A stretch of DNA of 64,000 bases from Mobula hypostoma (Eukaryota), in contig NC_086109.1 of NCBI RefSeq assembly GCF_963921235.1, positions 6,140,001-6,204,000 of the forward strand. The letters run 5' to 3'. Below the pieces are notes generated by a model that did no database searches, had not been told where the DNA came from, and saw nothing but the letters and a program-made list of their open reading frames with translations. Shown here one piece after another: positions 23,785 to 38,047 of this stretch. The number at the start of each line of letters is the position of its first letter. Within the stretch, counting starts at the first letter, position 1. A program made the translations under genes and the position numbers.

Positions 23785-26050
23785 GGTTGGCATTCTCAGG
23801 ATTGCTGCCAGTGCTACGCGATACTGATGGTAAGAATTGGAGGAGATGGCAGTTGAATGCGTGGCTGAGGAGTTGGTGCAGGGGGCAGGGTTTTAGATTT
23901 TTAGATCATTGGGATCTCTTCTGGGGAAGGTGGGACCTGTACAGATTGGATGGGTTGCACCTGAACTCGAGGGGGAGCAATATCCTTGCAGGTAGGTTTG
24001 CTAGCATGGTTCAGGAGGGTTTAAACTAAGGGGGATGGGACCCAGAGCGATAGAGCAGTGAAAGTGCATGGAGTAAACCCAGATCTTACATATAGAGAGG
24101 CATATAGAAAGAGAAGCAGAATAAACGGTGTAAAGACAGTAAGGTAGAAGGGCTGAAATGTGTGTACCTCAATGCAAGAAGCATCAGGAACAAAGGGGAT
24201 GAACTAAGAGCTTGGATACATACATGGAATTATGATGTTCTGGCCATTACAGAGACTTGGCTGGCACCAGGGCGGGAATGGATTCTCAATATTCCAGGAT
24301 TTCAGTGCTTTAAAAGGAATGGGGGGGGGGAGGGTAGGAGGGGTGGCATTACTGATCAGGGATACTATTATAGCTACAGAAAGGGTGGGTTCTTCGGTAT
24401 TCACCAATGAGAGGGAACTTGATGATGGTGAGGACAATATGAGTGAGGATGATGTTCTGGAGCATGTTGATATTAAGGGAGAGGAGGTGTTGGAGTTGTT
24501 AAAATACATTAGGATGGATAAGTCCACGGGGCCTGACGGAATATTCCCCAGGCTGCTCTACGAGGAAAGGGAAGAGATTGCTGAGCCTCTGGCTAGGATT
24601 TTTATGTCCATGTTGTCCACGGGAATGGTACCGGAGGATTGGAGGGAGGCAAATGTTGTCCCCTTGTTCAAAAAAGGTAGTAGGGATAGTTTGGGTAATT
24701 ATAGACCAGTGAGCCTTATGTCTGTGGTGGGAAAGCTGTTGGAAAAGATTCTTAGAGATAGGATCTCTGGGCATTTAGAGAATCATGGTCTTGATCAGGG
24801 ACAGTCAGCATGGCTTTGTGAAGGGCAGATCATGTCTAACAAGCCTGACAGAGTTCTTTGAGGAGGTGACCAGGCATATAGATGAGGGTAGTGCAGTGGA
24901 TGTGATCTACATGGATTTTAGTAAGGCATTCGACAAGGTTCCACACAGTAGGCTTATTCAGAAAGTCAGAAGGCATGGGATCTAGGGATGTTTGGCCAGA
25001 TGGATTCAGAATTGGCTTGCCTGCAGAAGGCAGAGGGTGGTGATGGAGGGAGTACATTCAGATTGGAGGGTTGTGACTAGTGGTGTCCCACAAGGTTCAG
25101 TTCTGGGACCTCCACTTTTCATGATTTTTATTAATGATCTGGATGTCGGGGTAGAAGGGTGGGTTGGCAAGTTTGCAGATGACACAAAGGTTGGTGGTGT
25201 TGTAGATAGTGTAGAGGATTGTCAAAGATTGCAGAGACATTGATAGGATGCAGAAGTGGGCTGAGAAGTGGCAGATGGAGCTCAACCCGGAGAAGTGTGA
25301 GGTGGTACACTTTGGAAGGACAAACTCCAAGGCAGAGTACAAAGTAAATGGCAGGATACTTGGTAGTGTGGAGGAGCAAAGGGATCTGTGGGTACATGTC
25401 CACAGATCCCTGAAAGTTGCCTCACAGGTAGATAGGGTAGTTAAGAAAGCTTATGGGATGTTAACTTTCGTAAGTTGTGGGATAGAGTTTAAGAGTCGCG
25501 ATGTAATGATGCAGCTCTATAAAACTCTGGTTAGGCCACACTTGGAGTACTGTGTCCAGTTCTGGTCACCTCACTATAGGAAGGATGTGGAAGCATTGGA
25601 AAGGGTACAGAGATTTACCAGGATGCTGCCTGGTTTAGAGAGCATGGATTATGATCAGAGATTAAGGGAGCTAGGGCTTTACTCTTTGGAGAGAAGGAGG
25701 ATGAGAGGAGACATGATAGAGGTATACAAGATATCAAGAGGAATAGATAGTGGACAGCCAGTCCCTCTTCCCCAGGGCACCACTGCTCACAGGACATGGC
25801 TTTAAGGTAAAGGGTGGGAAGTTCAAGGGGGATATTAGAGGAAGGCTTTTTACTCAGAGAGTGGTTGGTGCATGGAATGCACTGCTTGAATCAGTGGTAG
25901 AGGCAGATACACTGTGAAATTTAAGAGACTACTGGACAGATATATGGAGGAATTTAAGGTGGGGGGGTATATGGGAGGCAGGGTTTGAAGGTCAGCACAA
26001 CATTGTGGGCCGAAGGACCTGTACTTTGCTGTACTATTCTTTGTTCTATG
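23785..26050 (+). mobile_element. CR1 LINE (different subfamily) with ORF1 esterase tail and internally deleted ORF2
   Basis: ORF1-like LNAWLRSWC...DGLHLN, APE start YLNARS, then a jump to [23 protein letters not shown] and the CR1 C-terminus. Confidence 0.92.
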
Positions 26051-26839
26051 ATGATCTCTATGGGTATGGAGGGCTATAGTATGAGTGCAGGGTGATGGGA
26101 GTCAGCAGTTTAAATGTTTCAGCATAGACTAGATGGGCCAAAAGGCCTGTTTCTGTGCCACAGATCAGACCATTGATGTGGAACTGAATTTGTTGTTGGG
26201 CTTGAATGAAAAATAAATTGAGATCACACCAGTGGAATGTGGAACCCGAAGATCTATGTCCTTCATCAGCCCCCCTTTCCCCATGAACACTCAAATTTTG
26301 TTTTGTTTCAAAAGATTCTACCACAAAGATCTAGGTAAGGGAAGGACAAATGTAGTTTTTCATTTTCTATCCACAAGCACCACCACCATAAATTGAGAGT
26401 AAGGGCCATTTTCACGGAGGAAACTTCAAGGACTGCAGCGTCCTAAAACTCTTGTTAGACCACACTTGGGAGTGAAGCCTCTTGGTCAGGGTCAACCATG
26501 GATATTGCGTCCTAGCTCTCTAAATACACAAGCCAGGGCTGTACAATATGAAGAGCAAGCTGGTGTCCCATGTAGCCAGCTCCCCCTCTCCACTCAGCTG
26601 ATGAACCCAAAGATGTTGCCAGTTAGCATTGAACTCAATCTTAGGCAATTGCATTTAGAGTATTGCATCCAGTTCTGTTCACCTCATTAGAGGAAGGAGG
26701 TCGAAGTTTTAGAGAGAGTGCACCAGAGATTTATGAGACTTACCAGGATGCTGCCTAGATTAGAGAGCATGTTTTATGAGGAAAGGTTGAGTGATGCAGT
26801 GCTTTTCTCTTTGGAGAGGATGACGACAGGTTACTTGAT

Positions 26840-27910
26840 AAACTTCAGTGGAGCACCAACACAGAAGCTGTGTACAAGAAGGGCCGGAGATGCCTCTATT
26901 TCCTGAGGACACCGAGGTCCTTTGGAGTATGCAGGTCTCTCCTTCACTTGTTCTACGAGTCTGTTGTTGGCAGTACAATTTTCTATGCAGTGATGTGCTG
27001 GGGCAATGGCATCAACACAGGTGATACCAACAGTCTCAATAAAATGATTAGAGACTGTTCTACGAGTCTGTGGTGGCCAGTGCGATCATGTTTGCTGTTG
27101 TGTGCTGGGGCAGCAGGCTGAGGGTAGCAGACACCAACAGAATCAACAAACTCATTCGTAAGGCCAGTGATGTTGTGGGAATGGAACTGGACTCTCTGAC
27201 GGTGGTGTCTGAAAAGAGGATGCTGTCCAAGTTGCATGCCATCTTGGACAATGTCTCCCATCCACTACATAATGTATTGGGTGGACACAGGAGTACATTC
27301 AGCCAGAGACTCATTCCACCGAGATGCAACACAGAGCATCATAGGAAGTCATTCCTGCCTGTGGCCATCAAACTTTACAACTCCTCCCTTGGAGGGTCAG
27401 ACACCCTGAGCCAATAGGCTGGTCCTGGACTTATTTCCTGGCATAATTTACATATTACCATTTAACTATTTATGGTTTTATTACTATTTAATTATTTATG
27501 GTGCAACTGTAACATAAACCAATTTCCCTCGGGATCAATAAAGTATGACTATGAGAAAGGCTGGCTCTGTTATAGGTGTCAAACGGACACACTGGAGGCT
27601 GCGGTGGAACAAAGGACTCGACAGAAAATCCTGGACAATGTTTCTCACCCTCTGCATGCCACCTTTGCTGAACAGAGGTGCACTTTTATTAATAGATAAG
27701 ACAACTGTGCTGCTCCAAAGAGCGCTATGTGAGGTCATTCTTACCCCCAGCCATTAGGCTCTATAATGAGTCAACCTATAGCTGGGAAAGTGATGACCCC
27801 CTCCTGCTAGACTGTTTGTGGTAACTTATTTTTTATTCTTTATACTTCTCTTATATTTATAGGTGCACATGTAATGCTACTGTGACACAGTAACTTCCTT
27901 TGGGATCAAA
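26840..27910 (+). mobile_element. Nested Rex1-like LINE 3' fragments
   Basis: The host (FYESVVGS...VMCWG...LNKMIR, resuming at KAGSVIG) is split by a second copy at about 27052-27552 (FAVVCWGS...SFLPVAIKLYN). Confidence 0.8.
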
Positions 27911-29324
27911 AAAAAGTGTACAAAATTGCAGGAGCCATGTACTTTTTTATTGCCTGTCTGTGTTGCATTTGTATTTTGTATCCTTGCTCTGAGGTAAGCT
28001 AATTGGTCACACGGTTTTGGTTGGCGGTTAGCGGGTGGCAGCTAAAATAAACAAATATAGTCTCCTGCTCATCGCTTTGGCAGCATAGAGAATGGGTGAC
28101 TAGGGAGCGCGTATTCTCGCTGACTGTTCATCCTTCTTTGAATTTGATCCAATTACTTTCACATGAATTACAGAAGAGTACAAATGATTTTATTGCTGGT
28201 TTGTAATAAAGTACTTTTTCAACTTGGAATTCAGTTAGTTGGAAGCGCATCATGCTTCCAACTCCCTCACTTAGCCTCTCAGTAACTTTTAATATGTTTT
28301 CAAGAAGTAGTCATTACACATATGCTAAGAGGACACCCAGCACCTTCCACCATCCCCCCCCCCAGGCAGAAATGTCTAAAATGAAGGGGCATAATTTAAG
28401 GGGTAGGAAGGAAGTATGGGGGGGGGGGAATATCAGAAGTAAGTTATTTTTTGTTGTTGTGTTGTGTTTTTTATTACACAGAATCATGGGTGCCTGGTAG
28501 AAGTAGATACACTACAGACATTTAAGAAACTCTTAGAGAGGCACATGGATGACACAAAAATGAAGGGCTATGTGGGTGTGAAGAGCTAGATTGATCTTAG
28601 AGTAGGTTATAAGATCGGTGCAATATCACAAGCCGAAAACCCTGTACTGTTCTACATCTGTCTGGAACCCACCAGGTAAAGTACGTTTGAGAAGCATCTC
28701 TTGATTATTTATTGTCAACAAACCACTTTCAATATGCAGAAGTTAAAAATGAAACAAGACAAGTGATTTGTTGTAAACGTACTAGAAACACTTTTTAATA
28801 CCAACTTTTTCCATTGCCAAGGTACAACATAGAAAACTGGATCAGATCTCAGCAAGTATGTTTGAAGTAACAGTCTGCACATGTCACAGCAATTCCCCTT
28901 AGTGAAAGCCTTCCCCAACCTGCAGTTAATTTAGTTCTGTCCAACAGTGCCAAAGAAGTTCAGATAACAAATGTAAGAATCCAATAACATTCAATTTGCA
29001 AACTAGTTTTAAGACTTTTTTTCCTTTAAAATATCATCCACTTCCATCAACAAAACCCAAAAAGCAATTATTTTACAATAGCAGTACATTGTTATTTGCC
29101 ACTGATATATCATGGCATCCAAGGGCTGATCAAATATTCCAAAATATCACAGTGACTGTGTCACTTCTCTAAGGCACAGTGCAAGATATAGTGATAAGTT
29201 TTAAGCCTAGGAGATCAAAGTCATTTTGCTCTGGTTCCCTTTAAGTTTTCAGTGGGGCCTTATGTTCTGTACACCACATATACCTTAACAGTGTCTTGCT
29301 GTGTAAGTCACTACTCGCACTAAA

Positions 29325-29695
29325 TAGTGGGTGGTGGGGGTGGAGATACGTCTCTACCAAAGGAGGTGTAAGGTGCTCCTTCCCTCCACTAGCCTGCAGG
29401 TCACCCTTGGGCAAGGTGTAGCACCTGCTTACTCCCACAACCATCCCCCCAACCGACCAGGTCACATGAAGCCATGGGAACAGCTGGTGCACATCAGAAG
29501 TCCTGGTTATGTGACCACTGACGCCAGGCAGACTATCTCTGAATAGCTGGGGTCACCTATCTTGTAAAGACACTGCCCAGAAAGCAATGGCAAACCACTT
29601 CTGCAGAAAAATTTGCTAAGAACAATCATGGTCATGGATAGACCATGATTGCTCATGTCATATGACATGGCACATAATGATGGTGATGATGATGA
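29325..29695 (+). mobile_element. About 360-bp SINE-like repeat (copy 2)
   Basis: Colinear with 23355-23710; (GAT)n tail. Confidence 0.7.
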
Positions 29696-30831
29696 CCAGC
29701 ATTAATTAGCTCTTTTAAGTCTTGTGTATATGCACACAGGGCATTTGGTCACAGATAGCATAATGAATGATAAGAAATTGGCAATATATTTAAAAAGCAT
29801 TGATTGAAGGCTTTCTCAAGTCCAACATTCAGCAAAAATGGCTAATGAAGGAATAAATCATTTGTACTTATATGCCTTAACATTCAAAGCACAATGGCAA
29901 ATCTCATAAAATAGTATTTGTGCTTAATATAGAAGGCACTCCTTTTAAAAAAACAAACTCTTGGAAGCAGTTCAGGTCTGGTGAAAATTTTCAGCATTTA
30001 ATGTTACTTCAGGATCCAGCAACTGTAGTATTTTGTTTTTGTGTTTTAAAAATCCAAGCTACATTTGGCATTATTTGATTTATCAATACTTTAAACAATC
30101 CTGCCACACAATGAAAACCAGTTTTAGTATTTTTTCCCCATGTCTGAGTAACAGTAAACTCCACTCCAATAAGCACCTTTTTTTCTTTGGGATGTCCCAG
30201 AGTGTTTCACAGCCAATCTTTTAATAGTGAATACAGGACAGCTAATTTGGACACAAGCTCCTCTAATAGTGATGTAATAATCACCAGGCACTTATGCTTT
30301 TCTGATTGCACCAAGGATATGATATGCTGACCACCCTGGAGAATGTGCCCTGGGACAATGTCTGCCTGACAGAAGTGGGGCCTTGGGTTAATGGCTTATC
30401 TGAAGGCTGGCATCTTCCACAAGGAAGCTTTTCACTCAGGTGAGCAGAGGGAGTATCCGTCTATATTTGCATGCTAAGTCTCAGGAGTGGAATGCGTAAC
30501 TTTTCAATTTAAAGACAACAGTGGAATAATTCCCAGGCTAAAATAACATTTTTAAACTAAAGGATAACATTGGTAGTCTCAAAATCTAAAATTTATTTCA
30601 GAAAGTGGAGGCGATTCTTAAAATTATTGTACACATTCAGGTTGACCAATTATTTTTTTCCATCCCTCAAAAATGTGATAATCTTTAAATTTAAATGATC
30701 AATATCTATGGAAATCTAATTTAAATGTAAACCCCAAGGGGCATTTTTATTATTTTTGCCCCACAACTTCACTGCAACTGACCCTGGATTCAACTCTTTC
30801 AACACGTTACACTTTGGAATTACCTCTCTAA

Positions 30832-31085
30832 GGTGTCGTGGTTAGGGCAATGCTATTACAACTCGGGGTGTTCAGAGTTCCATTCTGTAAAGACTTTGTT
30901 AGTCTCCCCATGACCATCCATGTGTTTCCGCCTGATGTTCCCGTTTCCTCCCATGATCCAAAGACATCTAGTAGGTTAATTAGCTATTGCAAAATTTGTT
31001 CTGTGATTAGTCTAGGGTTAAAGTGGATTGCCGAGTGGAGCGGCTCGTTGGATGAGTTCTGTGCTGTATCTCTAAATAAATAAAT
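30832..31085 (+). mobile_element. V-domain SINE
   Basis: Degenerate V-domain, 3' end tgtatctctaaataaataaa. Confidence 0.6.
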
Positions 31086-34000
31086 TACCAGCTCTCCACT
31101 TCAAAATGCTCCCTAAATTAATAGCTCTTCAGTCTTGATGTCAAATTTTGTTTTAATACTCTATTAATTTTCAATAAGGTAGAAAAATGTATTGCTATTA
31201 AAATCAAGTAAGGCAATTTATATTTCACACTCTGGCAATACTATCTAGGTTGATAGCTTCTGGATTAGTAAGGGTGTCAAAGGTTACAGGAGAAGGCAGG
31301 AGAATGGAGTTGAAAGGGATAATAAATCACCCTTGATGGAATGGTGAAAAGTCGATGGGCTGAATGGCCTAATTCTGCTCTTATGTCTTATGATAATATT
31401 GTTCCTTAGAAGAGTTATTTTTCCATTTACCCACTTCAAGACCGAGGGGCACGAGATCTTGATTGACAGATTTTGATTCCTTTTAATGAAAATTTTAAGA
31501 AATCCTTAAAATCTCAATGATCTAGGAGTTTCGTCAATGAATCTTTTCCTTTATTTTTAGAAGAAAATGTAGGTCACAGACATTAAATCTTTGATTTAAA
31601 TCTAACTGGGAAGTTAGATTTCATGTTAAATAGTGACATTTAAAAGTAGGAAATACATTTATACAGTATGTCATGCTTCCCAATGCATGATGCAGGATTT
31701 TAGTTTAAGTTCACAGAATGCAAGGAGATACCAGACTGACTGGCAAAAATAAATTTTAAACCACTGTGTAATCGGAATCCAATATTAAGGAATTGGAGAT
31801 ATGTAGATTAACACATACAAAACGCTGGAGGAACTCAGCAGGTCAGACAGTATCTATGGAAAGGAATGTCTATATTTCAGGCCAAGTGCTGATGAAGATG
31901 TTGCCTGAACTGTTGAGCTCCTCCAGCATTTTGTGCGTGTTGCTCTGGATTTCTAGCATCTACACAATCTCTTGTGTTTATATCACGGATATGTAACTGT
32001 TTCCATATCTTACTAACCTTCCTAGAACAGTTCATGGTAGATTCTGGCATATTTCCCAGAAATGGATGGCAGTATTTTCTGGTCCCAATAGCTGGGAACA
32101 TTCTAGAAATGTCAGAATCCATCAACCTGCCCATAAAAACAACAAGAGGAACAGGAAGCCTAGCTATTTTAGTGTTAAAGAACAGCACACTGATTGTAGG
32201 CACAAAAGCTTTGGAAGTTTCCAATTGGTTTGCATTTCCCCGGATTGTCCAGTGCTGTTACAGGAACAGAACAAACTCCAGCTGCTTCCTTGCCAGTTTA
32301 AGCCCTTTTGAAGCATTGATCTGAATGATAATTTCACTATTGTTGCTGGTAATCTTTCTGGTCAGAGCTCTTGTCGAAAGATTTACATCCTGAAATTCAA
32401 TTAATTTATATCACTTATTAAAGCAGAAGAAGAATGATTATTGATCTGGCTGAAAATTTTCAACTTCTGAATAGGGATTTTGGCAAAACACTGCAGTTTT
32501 GCTGTTCAACTAGCATCAGGGGGCAATTTTCACCTTCACTGTAATGGGTGGTGAACTCATTGCTGAACTCTACTAACTCACTCTACCAACGGGCTGAGCA
32601 TGTGAAGAAGACATCTTCAATATTGCTTTATGAATTAACCGTCAATAAGGTAAAAACATTAAAAGCCTACACCAAATACACAACTTCACTTTTCACAGTC
32701 TAAGAAAAACAAATGGACCAGTTGTAATGCCTTCTATTCTACCCACCTCTCAAATCAAAAACCATTCATATAACATAGATGTGCTTCAAGCTTTGAGGCA
32801 TTACTTAAGGATTCGCAACATTATCAACTTCAAATTAATTTATAATACTGTAATGCATGGGGCCCGTATAATTCTTAGGTCGTAAATCACCAGGCTCTAA
32901 TTCAGATTCAGAGTTTAAGCCACAGATAAAGACCCTTGTACTTCCTAAAATGCATCATAGCACCCTTGCCAAAATTAAATTCCACCTGCCTTTTGCTCAC
33001 TCACTTTTCTGATTATCTACAACCTGCTGTGAATCTTCTTCACCGTCTACCATGTCGTCAACTTTGCTGTCACCTGCAGACTTATGAACTAGCTTATTTA
33101 CATTCCCTTCCAAATAAAAAAACATTCACAATGAGCAATACAGACCCAGTAACGATCTCTGTTGTTCCATCTTCGTTGGGCCAAATGGCTTCACAGATTC
33201 AAAGCTGTACAGACCCTTTGGCCCATATTCATTTCAAACATCGTGCCTACTAATTTCACTTGCCTGCATGAACTCCAAATTCCTCTATACCAGAGATTCC
33301 CAACCTGGGGCTCACGGACCCCCTGCTTTAAAAAAAGTCAGGAACCTCTGTAAGTCTATACCTCAATAGTTCCAAGTACCTCTCCAGCTGCCTTTTATAC
33401 GTTGTCACTATTCCTACCTCCACCACGACCTCTGGCAGCTCACTTCAGATCCAACTCCCCGTTGTGACGAAAATTTACCCTTCATCTCCTTTAAACCACC
33501 ACACTCTCATCTTAAAATGGTGCCCTCTGCTTTTAGCTACTCCCAGCATGGGCAGGTTCTGGCTGTTGACTTTATCTATGCCTTTCATAACTTTTCACAT
33601 CTCTATCAATGTCTCCCTTGCTCAGGGAAAACAGACACAGCCTATCTTTGTAACTCAGGACTTACAATCCAGGCAACACCTTTGTGAGTCTTTTCTATAC
33701 ATTTTCTAGATTAATCATGTCTTTCTGTGGCATAACAACTGTGCGATGTTACTTGTTGAAACTCTATACATTCCAAACAGTAAAGTAATTGATGTGATTG
33801 CTTTACCTGCTGCAATTAGAGATTGCAGAAATGCCAGATCTTTCAGGATGTACAACCGAGCTGTGAACAACACAAGAACAAGAGCAACAGACAAGATGCT
33901 GGAGAAAGTCAGCAAGTCAGGCAGCATCTATGGAGAGGAATAAACTGTTGATGTTTCAGGCCAAGACCCTATATCAGGACGACCTGGCCCAAAATGGCAG

Positions 34001-36478
34001 CTGCTTATTCCCCTCCATGGATGCTGCCTGACCTGCTGAGTTTCTCCTGCATTCTGTGTGTTGCTCTAGATTTCCAGCATTTGCAGAATCTCTTGTGTCT
34101 CTACAAGAACCAGATTGCAGGGTGTAAGCAATGCGATTATTTTGCATTTAGAGCAGCACTTTAGGGAGAAAATAAAATGAGTTCACATTTACTTCAGAAT
34201 ATGCACTGTTTCATTAAGAATTTTGGCAGTTCGAGATTTACGACGTTCAGGTAACAAGTTCCATTAAATTTTACAATGCAGAATAATTTATATCTTGTCT
34301 GGCAGGTACAACAATTGTTTTATATTATACAAGTTTACCACCAAGAGGCAGCAGGATTAACGCCCTTTCACCAAGGCTTCCGGTTCGGTTAAATCAGAGG
34401 TGGGCATGTGTTATTAATCAGGGCCTAGGAACAGCAGCAAGAACTGTCCACATCACAATAACCTCTTCCAGCATAGCGCTTTGTACATTGCCAGTCTACT
34501 CTCTTGACCAAAGATGGGAATTTCAAATTTACACATAAAGTATTTCAATGAACAAATATCACATTTCCTAAAACTAATCCAAAAGATCCATTTAAATTGG
34601 TTAACTGTTGGATTTGACTTAAGTTTATAGAGGAGGAGGAATCATTTCCAAGGTCTTTCCTCAATTTATTAAAAATTAGCAGTCTGGATCTTCACTTCAA
34701 CATACAAGTCATCAGTACTGATGAATTATTTCAACCATAGAAGAACACAATAATAAAGGAGGAAAATATCCAAATCTTCCTTTGCTGTGTTCAAGCAAGG
34801 CTATGTGGATCAAGAACAGGACTTCAAAAAATCCAGTGAAAAGTATATAAACTGTTTAGCAACAATATCTAAAATTCATTTAATGGTAGAATGAGGGAGT
34901 GAGAGAAAACCAGTTGGACAATTTAAACTGGAATTTGAAAGTTGTCAAGTTTGGATTTGATTTCTGGATTGGACCCAAAGAAGAATGGTCTCATCTCAGA
35001 GAATATCTGCACAGTAGGCAGCCATTTGCTGGCCTGATGAAGTCTACATTTTACAACCACTAAGAGCTGGTTAGAGGATGGGTTATACTTCCCCAAAAAA
35101 TGTTTTAAAGCTTTTTAAATAAGGCTCAAGTTCTGGGGTAACATTTATCAAAGGTCAAAAAGTTTGCGCTTTGTCGAAACTGCACCTTTGTTATGTTAAT
35201 GTATTGTTTTCTTGCAACCATACAGATTTTAATTTGCCATTTATCATTAACTTTACAAGGTCAGGCGAGCAATTAATGCCAGCCAAGCTTCAATGCTACT
35301 GCCCAAATCCATTAGCACAATGTGAGCTTCTACTGTACACTATTGTTGTTCTGGCTTGCTTACTTAGCAGTTGCAATTAATCTTCATGGACCAAATTTCC
35401 ATAGGTTTATAACGTATCTAGATATTTAAAAAGTTTACACAATAAACCCCTCTGCATTGTAGAGGCACAGTAAAAAACAATTTTCTTCACAGAAAAAAAT
35501 ATTAGAACTTGACTGGTCTAACTCAATCTAAAGTTGCCCAATTGTCGAAACTTAATTCAAAATAAATTTTTCAACAAATATAAAAGGGATAAGCCGGATG
35601 AGACATGGACATGCAACAAATAAGCAAACTTGAAATATTCTTGCCTAAGAAATCAGATGAATGTGTTTATCAGTCTGGAGTAAACTCTCAGCTAAGCAAG
35701 TTGAAGTCCTGATTTATTTTAAAAGGTTTGTCATCACATAGCCACTGGATTTGCTCAGTGTGCTAAAGCCTTATGTTATATTAAGGCAATGGCTGATACC
35801 CTAAGATTTCACCAGTCAAGAGTGAAAATGAAATGAATTCTAGTACCAATTGTCAAGTGAATTGTGTAAGTTATACGATCATCTTTCTGATACACTGAAC
35901 TGCATACAACGGTGTACTCCGGAAATCTATGTGGCCTGCACCTGACTGTTAAAAGTCCAATTACTAGTGAATGAACATGTTGGCAGCAACACATCAAGCC
36001 TCACACTTTGACGGGTCATAATGAGGTACAAGAACAGGAGAGTGGATGTGATTTCTCACTCTTGCATTGTCAAACAGAATTGTACTGCAGAAAGAGCAAT
36101 GGTTCTTTTAAAATCCTAACTTCTAAAATCTTTAGGGCACAGTTGGTAGCAGTTTTGAGCGGAGCCTGATAAAGAACAAGACTTGACTTCACTACTATAT
36201 ATTATTGACAAACCTGTGAGGCTTCAGGAAAAAGTTATTTCATATTGCTCTCAATGTAGTAGGGGTTTCATATTTTAATATTAAAAACTACAATAGTCTC
36301 ATGAGGGTCAAATGGATAAAGAATAATTTTATGCACTTTAATGCAACTTGGAAAAGACTTTTTCCAGGATGAAATACATAATGAATATCTGCTAAATATT
36401 TTGCCAGGAAAAAGACCTGTATAAAGAAACTTTTTCAATTGACACGTTCTTGGGTTTAATTGGCAGCACACCAGAGCA

Positions 36479-38047
36479 TTAGCTAACTAATTTTGGAAGC
36501 ACAGTACGTAGAGGTATACTATTTCCATTTGAATCAGCAACTTGCACCAAATTGGTCCTTAGTTTGCCAGAGTGGCCAATAGTTGAGGGCAATTTGGAAA
36601 TAATTCCAGGCAAGGAACTATCTGGCGTACATTTCACTGGAGTTGGTTTTTCCATAGTGGATGCTTTGGGCAAACGCCTAGTTAGCCACGGTAGCCTCAA
36701 AGCCTGGGAAGGAGTTAGGCGACAGGTTGGCTCCCACTCCAAGCATTTCTTTAGGAAGCTGATGAACTGGGCATCCTCACACCCCTTCAAGGCGACCACC
36801 CAGGACTTGGTACCCGGTGGACCTCGCACCTTACCTCTTCTAGAACGACCACCATTCAGAACCACTGTGTTATCTGGAAGTGTGGTGGTAGTGCAATAGC
36901 GAGGTTGATTCTTGGAGTTGAAGAAGTTCTTGGCTCGCTTGCATTGATCCAACATTCTCTGGGGTGGGAGCCCCAGTAGTTCTATGATACAAGCCAACTG
37001 ATCGCCTTCATCTTCTCCTGGAAAGAGAGGGTACCCAGTCAGTAGTTCAGCAAGGATGCAACCAAAACTCCACATGTCAATGGGCATCCCATAACGTGTG
37101 CCCAGGATGACCTCAGGAGCTCTATAAAACCGTGACTGGATATATGTGAAGACACGCTGGTGCTCATAGCAGCTGGACCCAAAATCAATCACTTTGATGC
37201 CACTACGGCCTGCTTGTTTTAGTAAAATGTTCTCTGGCTTCAAATCACAATGAATGATCCGATTCCTGTGCAAGGCTTCCAGGCACTGGAGGATGGAATG
37301 GGCAAACTTTCGTACCAACTGAAGACTGAATCCCTGAAACTTGTTTCGCTTAATCAGCTCGTACAAGTTCATGCTTAGCAGTTCAAAGGTCATGCAGGTG
37401 TGGTTGCGGAAGGTGAAATTCTCCAACATATGGATAATGTTCATCTGCAAGTTCTTGTCTTGCTTTCTCAAGTGCTCTAAGATTCGGATCTCCTCTGTCG
37501 CTTGCCTATGGAACCGCTTCTCATTTCGGACTACCTTCAAAGCGAGGTGCTGCCGTGTTTTATGGTCGTATACTTTTGCCACCTGCCCAAAGCTTCCCTT
37601 GCCAATCACTTTAAGTATTTCATATCGATATGCTATATGGTCATGAGGCAGAAGGATGTAAGCTGCATGATCATCATCATAGCCACAGTTGTTTGAACCA
37701 CCTATAACACCTTGCCGTTTTTTTGCATTTAACCCCATAAAGTAAATCTCAGGATAGTTGAAAATTTCTTGATGTTCAAAGGAAGTCAGCTTATGCATGT
37801 GCAGTTTCATGGCTTGGGTTGGTGACATAGCAATTTTTGACTTTAGCAAAACGGCATCAGATTTCGACATGGCTGAACTATCCAGGCACTTATCTTTAAG
37901 GGATGGTAGCACTGGTCGACAAGTACGGGACTCAGAGTGGTGCAGAGCTGCATTGCTTCGCTTGTTTCCAGCATCTTCAAACAAATGTTGCACCTTGACG
38001 TGAGACCGACACGTAGTTGGCAGGTCTCTCATTGTACTCTTGCCGAT
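36479..38047 (-). CDS. DYRK3: Dual-specificity tyrosine-phosphorylation-regulated kinase (class 2), last coding exon containing the whole kinase domain
   Basis: NAPA/DH-box region, [31 protein letters not shown] and C-terminal VLPKLVS. The acceptor ttttag|ATC at 38047 is in phase 0. DYRK3 is preferred over DYRK2 from [20 protein letters not shown], the exon-2 FGDDLY motif and adjacency to EIF2D. Confidence 0.88.
   Translation of the reverse strand: MGKSTMRDLPTTCRSHVKVQHLFEDAGNKRSNAALHHSESRTCRPVLPSLKDKCLDSSAMSKSDAVLLKSKIAMSPTQAMKLHMHKLTSFEHQEIFNYPEIYFMGLNAKKRQGVIGGSNNCGYDDDHAAYILLPHDHIAYRYEILKVIGKGSFGQVAKVYDHKTRQHLALKVVRNEKRFHRQATEEIRILEHLRKQDKNLQMNIIHMLENFTFRNHTCMTFELLSMNLYELIKRNKFQGFSLQLVRKFAHSILQCLEALHRNRIIHCDLKPENILLKQAGRSGIKVIDFGSSCYEHQRVFTYIQSRFYRAPEVILGTRYGMPIDMWSFGCILAELLTGYPLFPGEDEGDQLACIIELLGLPPQRMLDQCKRAKNFFNSKNQPRYCTTTTLPDNTVVLNGGRSRRGKVRGPPGTKSWVVALKGCEDAQFISFLKKCLEWEPTCRLTPSQALRLPWLTRRLPKASTMEKPTPVKCTPDSSLPGIISKLPSTIGHSGKLRTNLVQVADSNGNSIPLRTVLPKLVS

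Noticed and set aside
31877..32400. Possible coding exon (overlapping 115-116-aa ORFs, acceptor-like site near 32391)
   Set aside because: No recognisable protein similarity, and one ORF runs into a Penelope-derived repeat.
34338..34353. CTCF site (ccaccaagaggcagc)
   Set aside because: Two mismatches in the core and no supporting evidence.
36479..38032. Intronless DYRK retrocopy
   Set aside because: A splice acceptor and two in-phase upstream exons are present; a single large kinase exon is normal for DYRK2/3.
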